A stretch of 64,000 nucleotides of DNA from positions 840,821-904,820 of the forward strand of contig CBDETR010000004.1 of the NCBI GenBank assembly GCA_965243045.1, read 5' to 3'. Made by a program: the position numbers and the translations under genes. Source of the DNA: Alphaproteobacteria bacterium. GTDB taxonomy: Bacteria; Pseudomonadota; Alphaproteobacteria; JABAAW01; JAHZMA01. Position 1 is the first letter of the stretch. Each line of letters opens with the position of its first letter. Under the pieces are notes generated by a model that did not search any database, was not told where the DNA came from, and saw nothing but the letters and a program-made list of their open reading frames with translations. Below, one piece after another: positions 32,302-42,078 of the stretch.

Positions 32302-33668
32302 GATGCGCCTATCCCTGTCTCTGTCTCTGTCTCTGTCTGGGCTTTTTGCACCATATCGGCAGTCATAAATTTTACCCAAGCATCAAATTGATTACGCATC
32401 TGCCGTTCGGTTGTGCCAAGCTCTACGCTTTCATCGGTGTAATCTTCGTCATCATCATATAGCCGTTGAATATTCACCCACTCCATCGCTTGAGTTTGCA
32501 AGCCTTCTTGCGCGCGTTCATACATTTCCAAATCATCATGCCCTACAATCGATGTGGGCGCATTGACCATTCGATTATACATGGCAGTGCGTGCAACCAA
32601 TTGTTCGGGCGCATCAACAAGGCGATAGATATAGCTTTCTACCAAAGTTTTATCCGCCGCCAATGGCAGAAAAACACGTAATTGCTGAATAGGCCCTTTC
32701 ACCATAATATTAGGAAAATAAACCGTATTATGACGATTTTCATCTAAAATATTTTTGGCTTTTTCTTCGCCATAACTGGCACGCATTTTATCAAAATAAC
32801 CCTCAATCGCATCATAATCGGAATGGATAGAATGATGAACGCCTGTATGCCCATGCCCGTTGGGCCAAGTGCGAATGCCCATTTTATCAAAAAAATCATA
32901 CGAGGACATAAAAGGTGCGATGATTTGCATGGCGGCTGGCAAAGGAGTTTCATCGGTTTTTTCCTGTTCCTCCCATAATTTAATTGCCGTGCCTGCCGAA
33001 CTTTCATGCGCCACCATCGGATGGCATGTATCGGTTTGATTTTCTACCAGCATTTTCCAGTTGCAATGATGCATATAGCGCAATGGCGGCCCGACCACTT
33101 CTAATTTTCCTGCGGGCGAACGGTCAACCATATTATCAATCGATGAAAGTGCATCGCCGAAAAAATCTTCAAATGAAATGCCATCTTGCGCCAACCGACA
33201 AAAGATAAATCCACGATAATTTTTAACGCCCCCAACGGCAAACATACCACGACTGCCATCACTTTTTTCAAAATCAGTATTCTCATAACCTTTTTTGAAC
33301 GGCACTGCCAACAGACTGCCATCAGTTTTGAATGACCACGCATGATAAGGACAACGAAAAAATTTACCCGTATTGCCTGTGCGGTCAATCACCAATTTTG
33401 TGCCTTTATGGGGGCAACGATTATAGAGAATATAAATCTCGCCATTAGAATGACGCACCTGAATAACCGGCTGATTGCCAACCATCGTATTAAAATAATC
33501 GCCTGTATTTGGGGTTTGGCTTTCATGCCCAACAAAAATCCACGCATTGGCAAATAAATGCTTCATCTCTAATTGATAAATTTTAGGGCTGATATAAACA
33601 TCGCGATGGATTTCGCGCCCACGAAATAAATCCTTAATGGTTTGCGGGTTTTGGCTGTTATAACGCAT
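32298..33668 (-). CDS. Rieske aromatic ring-hydroxylating oxygenase alpha subunit
   Basis: CPHKG...CPYHAW Rieske motif; NWK..ENQTDTCH...H and DD.E mononuclear iron ligands. Confidence 0.95.
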   Translation of the reverse strand: MRYNSQNPQTIKDLFRGREIHRDVYISPKIYQLEMKHLFANAWIFVGHESQTPNTGDYFNTMVGNQPVIQVRHSNGEIYILYNRCPHKGTKLVIDRTGNTGKFFRCPYHAWSFKTDGSLLAVPFKKGYENTDFEKSDGSRGMFAVGGVKNYRGFIFCRLAQDGISFEDFFGDALSSIDNMVDRSPAGKLEVVGPPLRYMHHCNWKMLVENQTDTCHPMVAHESSAGTAIKLWEEQEKTDETPLPAAMQIIAPFMSSYDFFDKMGIRTWPNGHGHTGVHHSIHSDYDAIEGYFDKMRASYGEEKAKNILDENRHNTVYFPNIMVKGPIQQLRVFLPLAADKTLVESYIYRLVDAPEQLVARTAMYNRMVNAPTSIVGHDDLEMYERAQEGLQTQAMEWVNIQRLYDDDEDYTDESVELGTTERQMRNQFDAWVKFMTADMVQKAQTETETETGIGAS

Positions 33669-33679
33669 CGCATTTCTCC

Positions 33680-33964
33680 TTATAAATCAAGCAAAAGGCG
33701 TGGTGTTTTAGAACGGCTGACACAAATCTGCATCATTTTGCCTTCGGCTTTTTCACTATCGCTTAACACATCATCGCGATGGTCTGGCACCCCTTCAATC
33801 ACATCCGTTTGGCAGATACCGCATTCACCCCGCCCACAATCATACATCACATCTATATTATTTTCTTCTAAAACCTCAATGATGCTTTTATCCGCAGGAA
33901 TTTGAAAAACCTCACCGCTTGATTCAAGCTCAATCTCGAATACTGTATTTTTTTCATTCATCAT
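33680..33964 (-). CDS. stand-alone plant-type [2Fe-2S] ferredoxin (like the C-terminal domain of PDR/VanB reductases)
   Basis: CGRGECGIC...PDHRD...QICVSRSK...LDL. Confidence 0.88.
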   Translation of the reverse strand: MMNEKNTVFEIELESSGEVFQIPADKSIIEVLEENNIDVMYDCGRGECGICQTDVIEGVPDHRDDVLSDSEKAEGKMMQICVSRSKTPRLLLDL

Positions 33965-33991
33965 AAAACCCAATTACCAATGTTTGAATCA

Positions 33992-35323
33992 TCAGCCACC
34001 ATAAAAAAGTTGCGGTAAGAATAACGATAGACCGGGAAATAAAGTAAGCAATAATAAGCGGGCAATATCCATCAGCCAAAAAGGCGTGATGCCTTTGAAA
34101 ATTTCAGAAATTTTTATATCGGGCAGCATATTGCCAAGCACAAAAACATTTAAGCCAATGGGCGGGGTTATCAGGCTGATTTCCGTAACCACCACCACGA
34201 TAATACCAAACCATACCAAGTCAAAACCAAGCCCTGCAACAATGGGGTAAAATACTGGCACGGTTAGCAAAATCATTGAAAGGCTTTCCATCACCATACC
34301 AAGCGCGATATAAATCAATAAAATCATGATAATAATCAATAAAGGTGCTAGCTGTGCTTGTATGATAATTTCGGCAAGTTGCACAGGGAAGCCAGTGCGT
34401 TCAATGAAAGCGGCAAAAATCAATGCGCCAAATAAAATAGCGAACAAAGACGCGCTGGTTTTCACTGAATCTGACGCAATTTTAAGCAAGATATTCCAGT
34501 TTAATGTTTTGCGGAAAAGGGCAATCAGAAATGCCCCCATTGACCCAACTGATGCTGCCTCGGTAGGGGTGAAAACGCCCAAATAAATACCGCCAATCAC
34601 CAATATCAACAAAAGAAGTGTACTTTGCACTTGCGTAAGAGCCAGCAATTTTTCTTTGCGCGGGGTTGCCTTGCCGGCAGGTCCTGCTTTAGGGTTGCGC
34701 CACACCACCCATTTTACCGCTAGCAAATAAAACACAATGCCAATCATACCGGGGATAAAACCAGCGGCAAATAGCTCGCGAATGCTCTGCCCGCTGATGA
34801 TGCCGTAAATCACCAATATCACGCTAGGGGGGATTAAAATTCCCAATGTGCCACCCGCCGCAACCGATGCCGCTGCCAAACGATTGCTATAACCATAGCG
34901 GCGCATTTCTGGAATTGCCACCCGCGACATGGTTGCCGCTGTTGCCAAGCTAGAGCCACAAATGGAAGAAAATATCCCGCAGGCTGTCACGCTTGCCATC
35001 GCAAGTCCGCCACGATAATGCCCTAAAAACGCGTAAGAAACATGATAAATTTGTTTGGAAAGTCCCGATTGTGAGACAAAATTACCCATCAAAATAAATA
35101 ACGGAATCACCGATAAAGAATAATCAGAGCTGATGGATAAAATTTGATTGGCAACTAAGGATAAAACAGGTTTCCAGCGAAAATCAACCCAACCTGTCTC
35201 AACCCACAAGCCATTAGAAATGGCAAAGCCAAAAAATCCGCATAAGCCCATGGCTAGCCCTATCGGCACGCGTAAAAAAATCAGTAGCAATACAGCGGTA
35301 ATGCCTATCAGGGATTCAATCAT
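33992..35323 (-). CDS. dctM: TRAP transporter large permease
   Basis: IPLFILMG, CGSSLATAAT, GGTLGILIPPS, TPTEAA, LITPPIGLNVF. Confidence 0.93.
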   Translation of the reverse strand: MIESLIGITAVLLLIFLRVPIGLAMGLCGFFGFAISNGLWVETGWVDFRWKPVLSLVANQILSISSDYSLSVIPLFILMGNFVSQSGLSKQIYHVSYAFLGHYRGGLAMASVTACGIFSSICGSSLATAATMSRVAIPEMRRYGYSNRLAAASVAAGGTLGILIPPSVILVIYGIISGQSIRELFAAGFIPGMIGIVFYLLAVKWVVWRNPKAGPAGKATPRKEKLLALTQVQSTLLLLILVIGGIYLGVFTPTEAASVGSMGAFLIALFRKTLNWNILLKIASDSVKTSASLFAILFGALIFAAFIERTGFPVQLAEIIIQAQLAPLLIIIMILLIYIALGMVMESLSMILLTVPVFYPIVAGLGFDLVWFGIIVVVVTEISLITPPIGLNVFVLGNMLPDIKISEIFKGITPFWLMDIARLLLLTLFPGLSLFLPQLFYGG

Positions 35324-35904
35324 ATCGATGGTTCGTCTTTATCGGTTTGTTTCATATCCATAGTCTTAAAAAGATGCGGTGCGAAACAATGAATCACAAG
35401 GCAAATGGATAGGGTTATCGAAATCAATATACATACCGCCCCAATATAATATTGTTCATAGGCGACTGGAATTTGCAGATATTCAGTAATGGCATCGCGC
35501 CGTAAAGAACGCGCGGCAAAATATAAAATTCTATCGCCTGCATAGAAAAAGCTGATGATGAATAACACCCAGACGACCCTTTGCCAAATTCTTGCAAAGC
35601 GTTCTGAAAAATATTTTCCGAATAAATCCACCGTTATATGGGCATTGGTCATGGTAATAATCCAAACGCCAGTGATGATAAAAATCGCTTGCGTGATTTC
35701 CGTTAATTCTGAACTGCCCTTAACTGGTATTGAAAACAAGTACCGCCCCACAACATCAACAAAGGTAAGTGCCATCAACAATAATAGTAAAACCCCCGAA
35801 ACGATACCAACATAATGCGGGCATGTTTTGGTCAGCAAATCTGTAAGTTGTTTTGTGAATTTTTGAATAAAGATATTTATTTCTTTATTATTTTTATTTG
35901 CCAT
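35320..35904 (-). CDS. dctQ: TRAP transporter small permease
   Basis: DVVGRYLF..P..G..E, HITVD; four TM segments; start inferred. Confidence 0.88.
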   Translation of the reverse strand: MANKNNKEINIFIQKFTKQLTDLLTKTCPHYVGIVSGVLLLLLMALTFVDVVGRYLFSIPVKGSSELTEITQAIFIITGVWIITMTNAHITVDLFGKYFSERFARIWQRVVWVLFIISFFYAGDRILYFAARSLRRDAITEYLQIPVAYEQYYIGAVCILISITLSICLVIHCFAPHLFKTMDMKQTDKDEPSI

Positions 35905-36008
35905 TTTCCAAACCTTACTTGCCGATAATGTATCAGCGATGATACAGGATAATTTTAACAAAAATCATGCGAATGTCAATAGCTTGCGCGCTTCCTAATT
36001 TCATAAAA

Positions 36009-36040
36009 AATGGGCAATCAAACGAATTTCATTGCCCATT
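36009..36040 (-). terminator. stem-loop between dctP and dctQ
   Basis: AATGGGCAAT / ATTGCCCATT inverted repeat followed by a T-run on the minus strand. Confidence 0.55.
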
Positions 36041-36069
36041 AATACATGATTATCAATATCAAAAATTAC

Positions 36070-37104
36070 TTATTTTGACATTTCTTTTTCATATTTGCGT
36101 GCCAATTTACGGAATTCTTTTAACGCTTTTTTGGCATCAACATCTCTATCTTGCACAGATACTAACCAATCGCTTTCAATGGTTTTGGCAAGCTTCCCAA
36201 ATCTTTTAATATCCGATTTAGGCAAAGTGATAACTTCAACACCAGCGGCTTTTGCTTTTTCATAACCAGCGGCATCGTTATTGCCCCATATTTTCCCAGC
36301 CAGTTGCGATAAATCTTTACCCGTAGTAGATAGCAAATTTTTACGATTTTTACTATTAAGTCCGGCAACAAAATCTTCATTCATAAAGACGGCAAAACTA
36401 CCAAGATACATACCTCCGGGAATTTCATAGATATATTTTGTTACCTCTGAAAGACGCAAGGCATTTTGTTCGCCAACGGGCATAAACACGCCATCAGCAA
36501 CCCCTTGAGATAAGATTTCATACACTTTAGACCCCGGTGCGGCAATAGGCGCAATGCCAAAATCTTTACCGATAAGCCCTTGCACACCGCCACCAACACG
36601 AATTTTCTTGCCTTTCATATCAGCAAGCGAATTAATGGGTCCACGCATTTGAATTTGCCCCGGTCCGTGTAGGAATAAAGCGGCAAGCATCAAACCTTCA
36701 TGCTCGTTGGCGTTACCCAAATATTTCTCATGCACTTCCCAATAAGCAATTGATGCCGCTTCAGCGCCAGCACCTAATAATGGCAATTCAGGCATAATGG
36801 TGAGCTTAAATTGACCCGGCACATAACCATGGAACGACCAACCAGCATCATAAGTGCCATCTTCTACCAAATCAAACACCCCTTTAGGATGCCCCTTATG
36901 ATATTCAAGTTTAAGCGTTAAATCGCCATTCGTGGCTTTTTCAATTCTTTCTTTCCATTGTTCAAAGAAACTGCTATTCATTTTATGGGATGGTGGCAAC
37001 CATGTGCCAACTTTTATTTCCTGCGCCGCATAAGCAACAGAACTTAAACATAATGCAAAACCAACAACTGACCCTGCTATCATTGTTCTAAGATTTTTTT
37101 TCAT
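36070..37104 (-). CDS. dctP: TRAP transporter substrate-binding protein
   Basis: Signal peptide, WLPPSH, KGKKIRV, YEILSQGVADG. Confidence 0.9.
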   Translation of the reverse strand: MKKNLRTMIAGSVVGFALCLSSVAYAAQEIKVGTWLPPSHKMNSSFFEQWKERIEKATNGDLTLKLEYHKGHPKGVFDLVEDGTYDAGWSFHGYVPGQFKLTIMPELPLLGAGAEAASIAYWEVHEKYLGNANEHEGLMLAALFLHGPGQIQMRGPINSLADMKGKKIRVGGGVQGLIGKDFGIAPIAAPGSKVYEILSQGVADGVFMPVGEQNALRLSEVTKYIYEIPGGMYLGSFAVFMNEDFVAGLNSKNRKNLLSTTGKDLSQLAGKIWGNNDAAGYEKAKAAGVEVITLPKSDIKRFGKLAKTIESDWLVSVQDRDVDAKKALKEFRKLARKYEKEMSK

Positions 37105-37195
37105 GATAAAACTCTCCTATATGTAAATATTTTAAGGCTATTTTAATAGCCTTTATCATCTTTAATTATATTACCAAAGATTCTTAGATTCTACC

Positions 37196-38716
37196 CTATC
37201 CTAGTTTTTTCTTATATGCAATATTCTTTTTAAGATAACGATACAGCTTATAAATTTGCCATAACAGTAATAGGATAACAATGGTTGCTAAAATCGAAGA
37301 AATCGGTCTATCAAAGAAATCACCAATATCTTTGACCCGCGCCAAAGACGAGCGTAATTTCACTTCCATGATATTGCCCAGCACCATGCCCAATATAATG
37401 GGTACAATAGGATAATTTAAGCGTTTTAAAATCATACCCAATATGCCAAACGCGCAGGCAATGATGCAATCAACAAAACTATTGCGTAAGGAATAAACGC
37501 CAATAAAGCTTAAAATTAAAATAAAGATGGCTAAAATGCGATTTGGTACTTTAATGATTTTTAATAAATTATCGGTGAAGAATATTAAGAAAACCACAAC
37601 AATCACATTAAGAATTAACAGGATAATGAACAATGCCCATACGAAATCTAATTGGTTTTGAAATAAGTCTGGACCGGGGATTACGCTATGCACATAGAAT
37701 ACCGAAAGCATCATGGCAGTAAGGGCTTCGCCGGGGATACCCAATGCCAAAAGCGGAATCATCGCAGCCGCCGGCACTGCATTATTGGCAGTTTCCGATG
37801 AAACAAGTCCCTCTTCACTGCCTTTGCCGAATTTTTCCTTATCTTTACTGGTGCTTTGCGCGTAATTATAAGAAAAAAACTGTGCCGTAAATTCACCCAC
37901 GCCGGGTATCATTCCCATGAACACACCAAACGATGCTGAAACAGCAACAATCCGCTTATAAAGCCAGATTTTCTTGATATGTGAAAACAGATTTCCTGAG
38001 ACATCCCCTTTGAGATTGCTGACATCAACATCATATTTTGTATCACCCTGCAGGAATAAAATAAAAGATTGCGACAATGCGAATAGCCCAAGTATGACGA
38101 CAATTAAATCAAACCCAGCCGCCATCCATGTTTGTGAAAAGCTAAAACGCTGTGTGAAACCAATCGGCTCTAACCCAACGGTGCTTAATAAAATGCCAAA
38201 GCCTGCCATCATACCAGCCGCCGCCACATGTTTGCGATGGGCAAAAATAACCAGTAAAATGCCTAACAATGCCGCTAGAAAAATTTCGCGCGAGCCAAAA
38301 TGAGGGGCAATTTTTGCCAAAATAGGCGATAGCAATATTAAGGCTATCACTGAAATAACGCCACCGCAAAAAGATGCCCCATAAGCCAACCCTAACGCTT
38401 GCTTTGCTTTGCCCTGTTTCGTCATGGGGAAGCCTTCATAGGTTGTGAGTGCATTTACTGCCGTACCCGGCACATTGATAAGAATAGCAGGAATAGCACC
38501 GCCAAACATAGAAGAGCCATAAATGCCCAACAATACCGTTAATCCAACAATCGGCTCTAGCGAGAAAGTGGCAGGTAATAAAATCGCAATCGCAACCGCA
38601 GGACCAATCCCCGGAATCGCGCCAATCAACACCCCACCGATAGACCCCACCAAAATAGCGATGAGTACATTCAATTGTGTGATAATGCCAAACGAGCTTA
38701 ATAACGTATCAATCAT
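37196..38716 (-). CDS. tctA: tripartite tricarboxylate transporter permease
   Basis: GAIPGIG, AILINVPGT, ETANNA, PLLALGIPG. Confidence 0.93.
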   Translation of the reverse strand: MIDTLLSSFGIITQLNVLIAILVGSIGGVLIGAIPGIGPAVAIAILLPATFSLEPIVGLTVLLGIYGSSMFGGAIPAILINVPGTAVNALTTYEGFPMTKQGKAKQALGLAYGASFCGGVISVIALILLSPILAKIAPHFGSREIFLAALLGILLVIFAHRKHVAAAGMMAGFGILLSTVGLEPIGFTQRFSFSQTWMAAGFDLIVVILGLFALSQSFILFLQGDTKYDVDVSNLKGDVSGNLFSHIKKIWLYKRIVAVSASFGVFMGMIPGVGEFTAQFFSYNYAQSTSKDKEKFGKGSEEGLVSSETANNAVPAAAMIPLLALGIPGEALTAMMLSVFYVHSVIPGPDLFQNQLDFVWALFIILLILNVIVVVFLIFFTDNLLKIIKVPNRILAIFILILSFIGVYSLRNSFVDCIIACAFGILGMILKRLNYPIVPIILGMVLGNIMEVKLRSSLARVKDIGDFFDRPISSILATIVILLLLWQIYKLYRYLKKNIAYKKKLG

Positions 38717-38722
38717 AATGTA

Positions 38723-39256
38723 TTACAGATACACAATGAAGAAATTACGAATGGCGGCAGGAAATAGCTCATATAGCATGGCACCGGGAATTTTAATTTG
38801 TAGAAAACTTTTGAAGATAATCACAATGGCAAGCGTAACGCCAATGCAAATAAGAAAGATTTTTTTATCTTTCACGCCAATGCGCCACAACATGGTGACA
38901 ATCATCATCAGGCTCATAGGCAGGTAACCAATAATCGGTACCAAAATCACATAGGCAAGAAACCATACGCAATATTCTAACGACCGTGACCATAATAAAA
39001 CTTCTTGCCATCTGCCCGCTTGTCTCTGAGAAATCAGGCTACTGCACATATGAATAAAGCCAAAAAACACCATCATGCCAATGCCTAGCATCGACCAAAA
39101 AGCAGGCTGTGCAAAGAACCGTTTGCGTGGAAACCATGTGGCTTGTTCGGGGATTTGACTGGCAAGGACTAATGCAAATAACAGAAAAAACAGACTAAAT
39201 ACGAAGTCTGCCGGATTGCGTTCTCGTGTGAGTAAAGCTTTTAATACAATATGCAT
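38723..39256 (-). CDS. tctB: tripartite tricarboxylate transporter small subunit
   Basis: Small multi-TM protein between tctC and tctA; C-terminal FLQIKIPG. Confidence 0.82.
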   Translation of the reverse strand: MHIVLKALLTRERNPADFVFSLFFLLFALVLASQIPEQATWFPRKRFFAQPAFWSMLGIGMMVFFGFIHMCSSLISQRQAGRWQEVLLWSRSLEYCVWFLAYVILVPIIGYLPMSLMMIVTMLWRIGVKDKKIFLICIGVTLAIVIIFKSFLQIKIPGAMLYELFPAAIRNFFIVYL

Positions 39257-39278
39257 CTTTAAAACGACTTTTTATTGA

Positions 39279-39332
39279 TAGACTTGCCAACCTTGAATGA
39301 ACCAAATTTGGTTAAACAGGTTGGCAAGCCTA
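39279..39332 (-). terminator. stem-loop after tctC
   Basis: CTTGCCAACCT / AGGTTGGCAAG inverted repeat. Confidence 0.55.
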
Positions 39333-39344
39333 TAAAGATAATAA

Positions 39345-40283
39345 TTACTCTAATATTTTCGTAATATTTTTCAATGTATTAATATCGCTTTTGATTTGCT
39401 TTTTAACAGCTTTGCCATCTTGCCAATAAATCAAAGCACCTGTTGTTTTAGCAATCTCTTGCGCTTTAGCAGAAAGCATTGTTTTCTTAGCAACCGCAAT
39501 AATTTTATCTTGCACATTTTTAGGCGTGCCGTTTCTTACAAATAAGCCATTCCAAAGTGAAATATTAAGCGATTTATCAAACTCTTTTACCGTTGGCGTA
39601 TTAGGCGTTAAAGAAATACGCTCATCACCAACAGATGCAAGAACTTTAATATCTTTCAAACAAGGTAAAACAAGTTGAATGGTTGTATTCATCACATCTA
39701 CATCGCCCGATGCAAGCGAGTTACAATCAAGCTTATCAAAGGCTGCTTCGCTAGCATAAGAAAAACCCATTTTCTTTGCTAGTGCGAAAGTAACACGTGT
39801 GGGTACCAAAGGTGCACCGAAATGCCCCAAAGCCACATCGTTGCTTTTTGCATATTTTGCCAAGCCTTCCATATCATCAAAAGGTGCATTTTTACCTGCG
39901 GCAATGATGAAAGGATATGTCAAGAAATTACCCAAAGGGGTAAACGGGTCAGGGTCTAATTCTGGAATACCAAGCGTTGGACCTACAACAGGAATCGCAA
40001 TGATAAAAGAACCGATTGTATAGCCATCAGCAGGTTCTTTTGCCACTTCTACAGCCGCCACAAAAGGATTGCCACCACTGGCTTTGTTCACAACCGCCGC
40101 TGATACTCCGTAAGTTTTTTGGAACTCTTCAGCAATCATGCGTGTTAGCACATCTTCCAAATCACCCGGAGGGAATGGAATGATAAAACGTACTGGTTTT
40201 TCTGGATATTCAGCCCGTGCCACAGCGAAAGGCAAAATGCTCATCGCCAGCACAAAAAGAATAATTTTTGAGATAAGTTTCAT
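39345..40283 (-). CDS. tctC: tripartite tricarboxylate transporter substrate-binding protein
   Basis: YPEKPVRFIIPFPPG, PADGYT, WNGLFV. Confidence 0.9.
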   Translation of the reverse strand: MKLISKIILFVLAMSILPFAVARAEYPEKPVRFIIPFPPGDLEDVLTRMIAEEFQKTYGVSAAVVNKASGGNPFVAAVEVAKEPADGYTIGSFIIAIPVVGPTLGIPELDPDPFTPLGNFLTYPFIIAAGKNAPFDDMEGLAKYAKSNDVALGHFGAPLVPTRVTFALAKKMGFSYASEAAFDKLDCNSLASGDVDVMNTTIQLVLPCLKDIKVLASVGDERISLTPNTPTVKEFDKSLNISLWNGLFVRNGTPKNVQDKIIAVAKKTMLSAKAQEIAKTTGALIYWQDGKAVKKQIKSDINTLKNITKILE

Positions 40284-40450
40284 AATCGTTTCTCCCTAGA
40301 AATTTATGAGATATAATAATCTATCTTCATTAAGTAGGCAGGGCAAGTTATTAATTATGTCCCTAATATTGCCACTGCGCGCTTAAAAAAATATAAACCA
40401 CTTAATTTATTTAACATGTGTAGTAAATTTGTCAAGTAAAATAAATGTTT

Positions 40451-40636
40451 TCAATTTTTTTGCATAACTTATGTTAGCACGGGGGTGCTGAAAATGTCAT
40501 CGATGGTTATTAAGAGTAATAGCGGGGGGATTTTTAAGGCAAGCGCAAGCGATATAGTTAGCAGGGGGCATCGCGATATGGCGGGCTTGCCCTCGCCATG
40601 GACGCGTATGTCGACCCCCGCATTAATATCGAGCAT
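40451..40636. repeat. direct repeat copy A (partner at 49153-49476)
   Basis: TCAATTTTTTTGCATAACTTATGTTAGCACGGGGGTGCTG...GTCGACCCCCGCATTAATATCGAGCAT nearly identical in both copies. Confidence 0.9.
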
Positions 40637-40640
40637 GGGG

Positions 40641-41672
40641 TTATAGGTTTTCCTCTTGCTTTTCTTTTTCTTTTTTTACAATTTGAAAAAATGGTCTTTT
40701 GCTTAATAAACCTATATCACCTGTTGAAATTATTACCTTATCAGCAGGATTTTTTGCCAAATCCTCTGATATAAGTTTAAATATATTTTGATACTCTGCA
40801 TCCTCATGCTTAAGCTCCCACATATTCCTATAACCCAATAACATTTCTGTCATAGAAGCTTTGTGTTGATATTCTTCTCCTAATTTTAATTTAATTTTAG
40901 CTGTATGAGAGCAAAAACGATAAATAAATACTAAGGGTACGCTTAATGATATTTTAAAGAATGATAATTCATAAAAACTTAAGCCTAAGTCATCATAAAA
41001 TTTAAATCCAAATATATCTGACAGCAATATAACTAAAATTGTAGCCAATGAACTCATAGCAAGGAACGAATATCCTGTATGAGACCATTTATTTCTATTA
41101 GCCTCTTTCTTAAAAGCACTATGTAATGATTTATCTATAAGTTCTTGATATAGTTTGTTGCTTTCAGCGAATAGTTTGTTGCTTTCAGTGAATAGTTGCT
41201 TATTCTTTTTTGTTAAACTTTGCACATCATGTTCTTGAGTTGATAAAATTTCACCACTTTTTGTAATCTTTTCTGCCAGTTCAGTTTCTGTTTTCGCTAT
41301 ACTTTCATATTTAGCAGTTAAATCTGTGTGAATGATATTGATTTTACCTACTACAATATCACTGTCTGTTTTATGAGTAGCTATTGCATCATAATTTTTT
41401 TTCATATCTGCATAGTGAGATTTGGCATCATCAGAGTTTTGCAGTATATCATTTTTTGTATTTTTTGCAGTCTTAATAATTTCTTGAAAAGTGTCATTTG
41501 CAGTTTGATTAATATTATAATCTTCAAAAAAAGTGCCATACATTTTTAATGTTTCTTGTATTGTTTCAATACTCCTCTCTAGGCTTTTTACGTCTGTTTG
41601 TAACGTACTAACGTGACTGTTAATATTAGGTTTCTTTGCTTTAGCGGTAGTATTTGGTTTTTTCTCACTCAT
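40641..41672 (-). CDS. hypothetical coiled-coil protein with two C-terminal TM helices
   Basis: Long heptad-like region, two hydrophobic segments, EEYQHKASMTEMLLGYR tail; very AT-rich. Confidence 0.65.
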   Translation of the reverse strand: MSEKKPNTTAKAKKPNINSHVSTLQTDVKSLERSIETIQETLKMYGTFFEDYNINQTANDTFQEIIKTAKNTKNDILQNSDDAKSHYADMKKNYDAIATHKTDSDIVVGKINIIHTDLTAKYESIAKTETELAEKITKSGEILSTQEHDVQSLTKKNKQLFTESNKLFAESNKLYQELIDKSLHSAFKKEANRNKWSHTGYSFLAMSSLATILVILLSDIFGFKFYDDLGLSFYELSFFKISLSVPLVFIYRFCSHTAKIKLKLGEEYQHKASMTEMLLGYRNMWELKHEDAEYQNIFKLISEDLAKNPADKVIISTGDIGLLSKRPFFQIVKKEKEKQEENL

Positions 41673-42078
41673 TCTATTTCTTCTTTATTGCTTTGGGTAA
41701 ATTATTGACTATTTTTGTGGTTTTTAGTGATAGGGTGATGATAGATTTTAGCAAATTGATAATATAATCGGGGTTATCGGGGGCGTATTGATTGGGGTTA
41801 TTTGTGTTGCCACTGGGTTTATGGGCTGGGGTGGCTATCACATTGCTATGTAAGCTATTGATAAAAAAACAATAAAAAGTTATTCATTTTTGTCATTTCA
41901 CCCTAGCTTACCCAACCCATACGCAGTGGGAGCAGGAATCGAACCCGCGGTTTCTGAGGATAAAATTACATATTATTTTTGAAAATTACAAGGGAAAAAT
42001 TATTTTGTGATGATTTACGTCTCAATTTTTGGTATAGATTACTATTATCTATTCTCTTAAGTTAAGAAGCTCGCTTTT

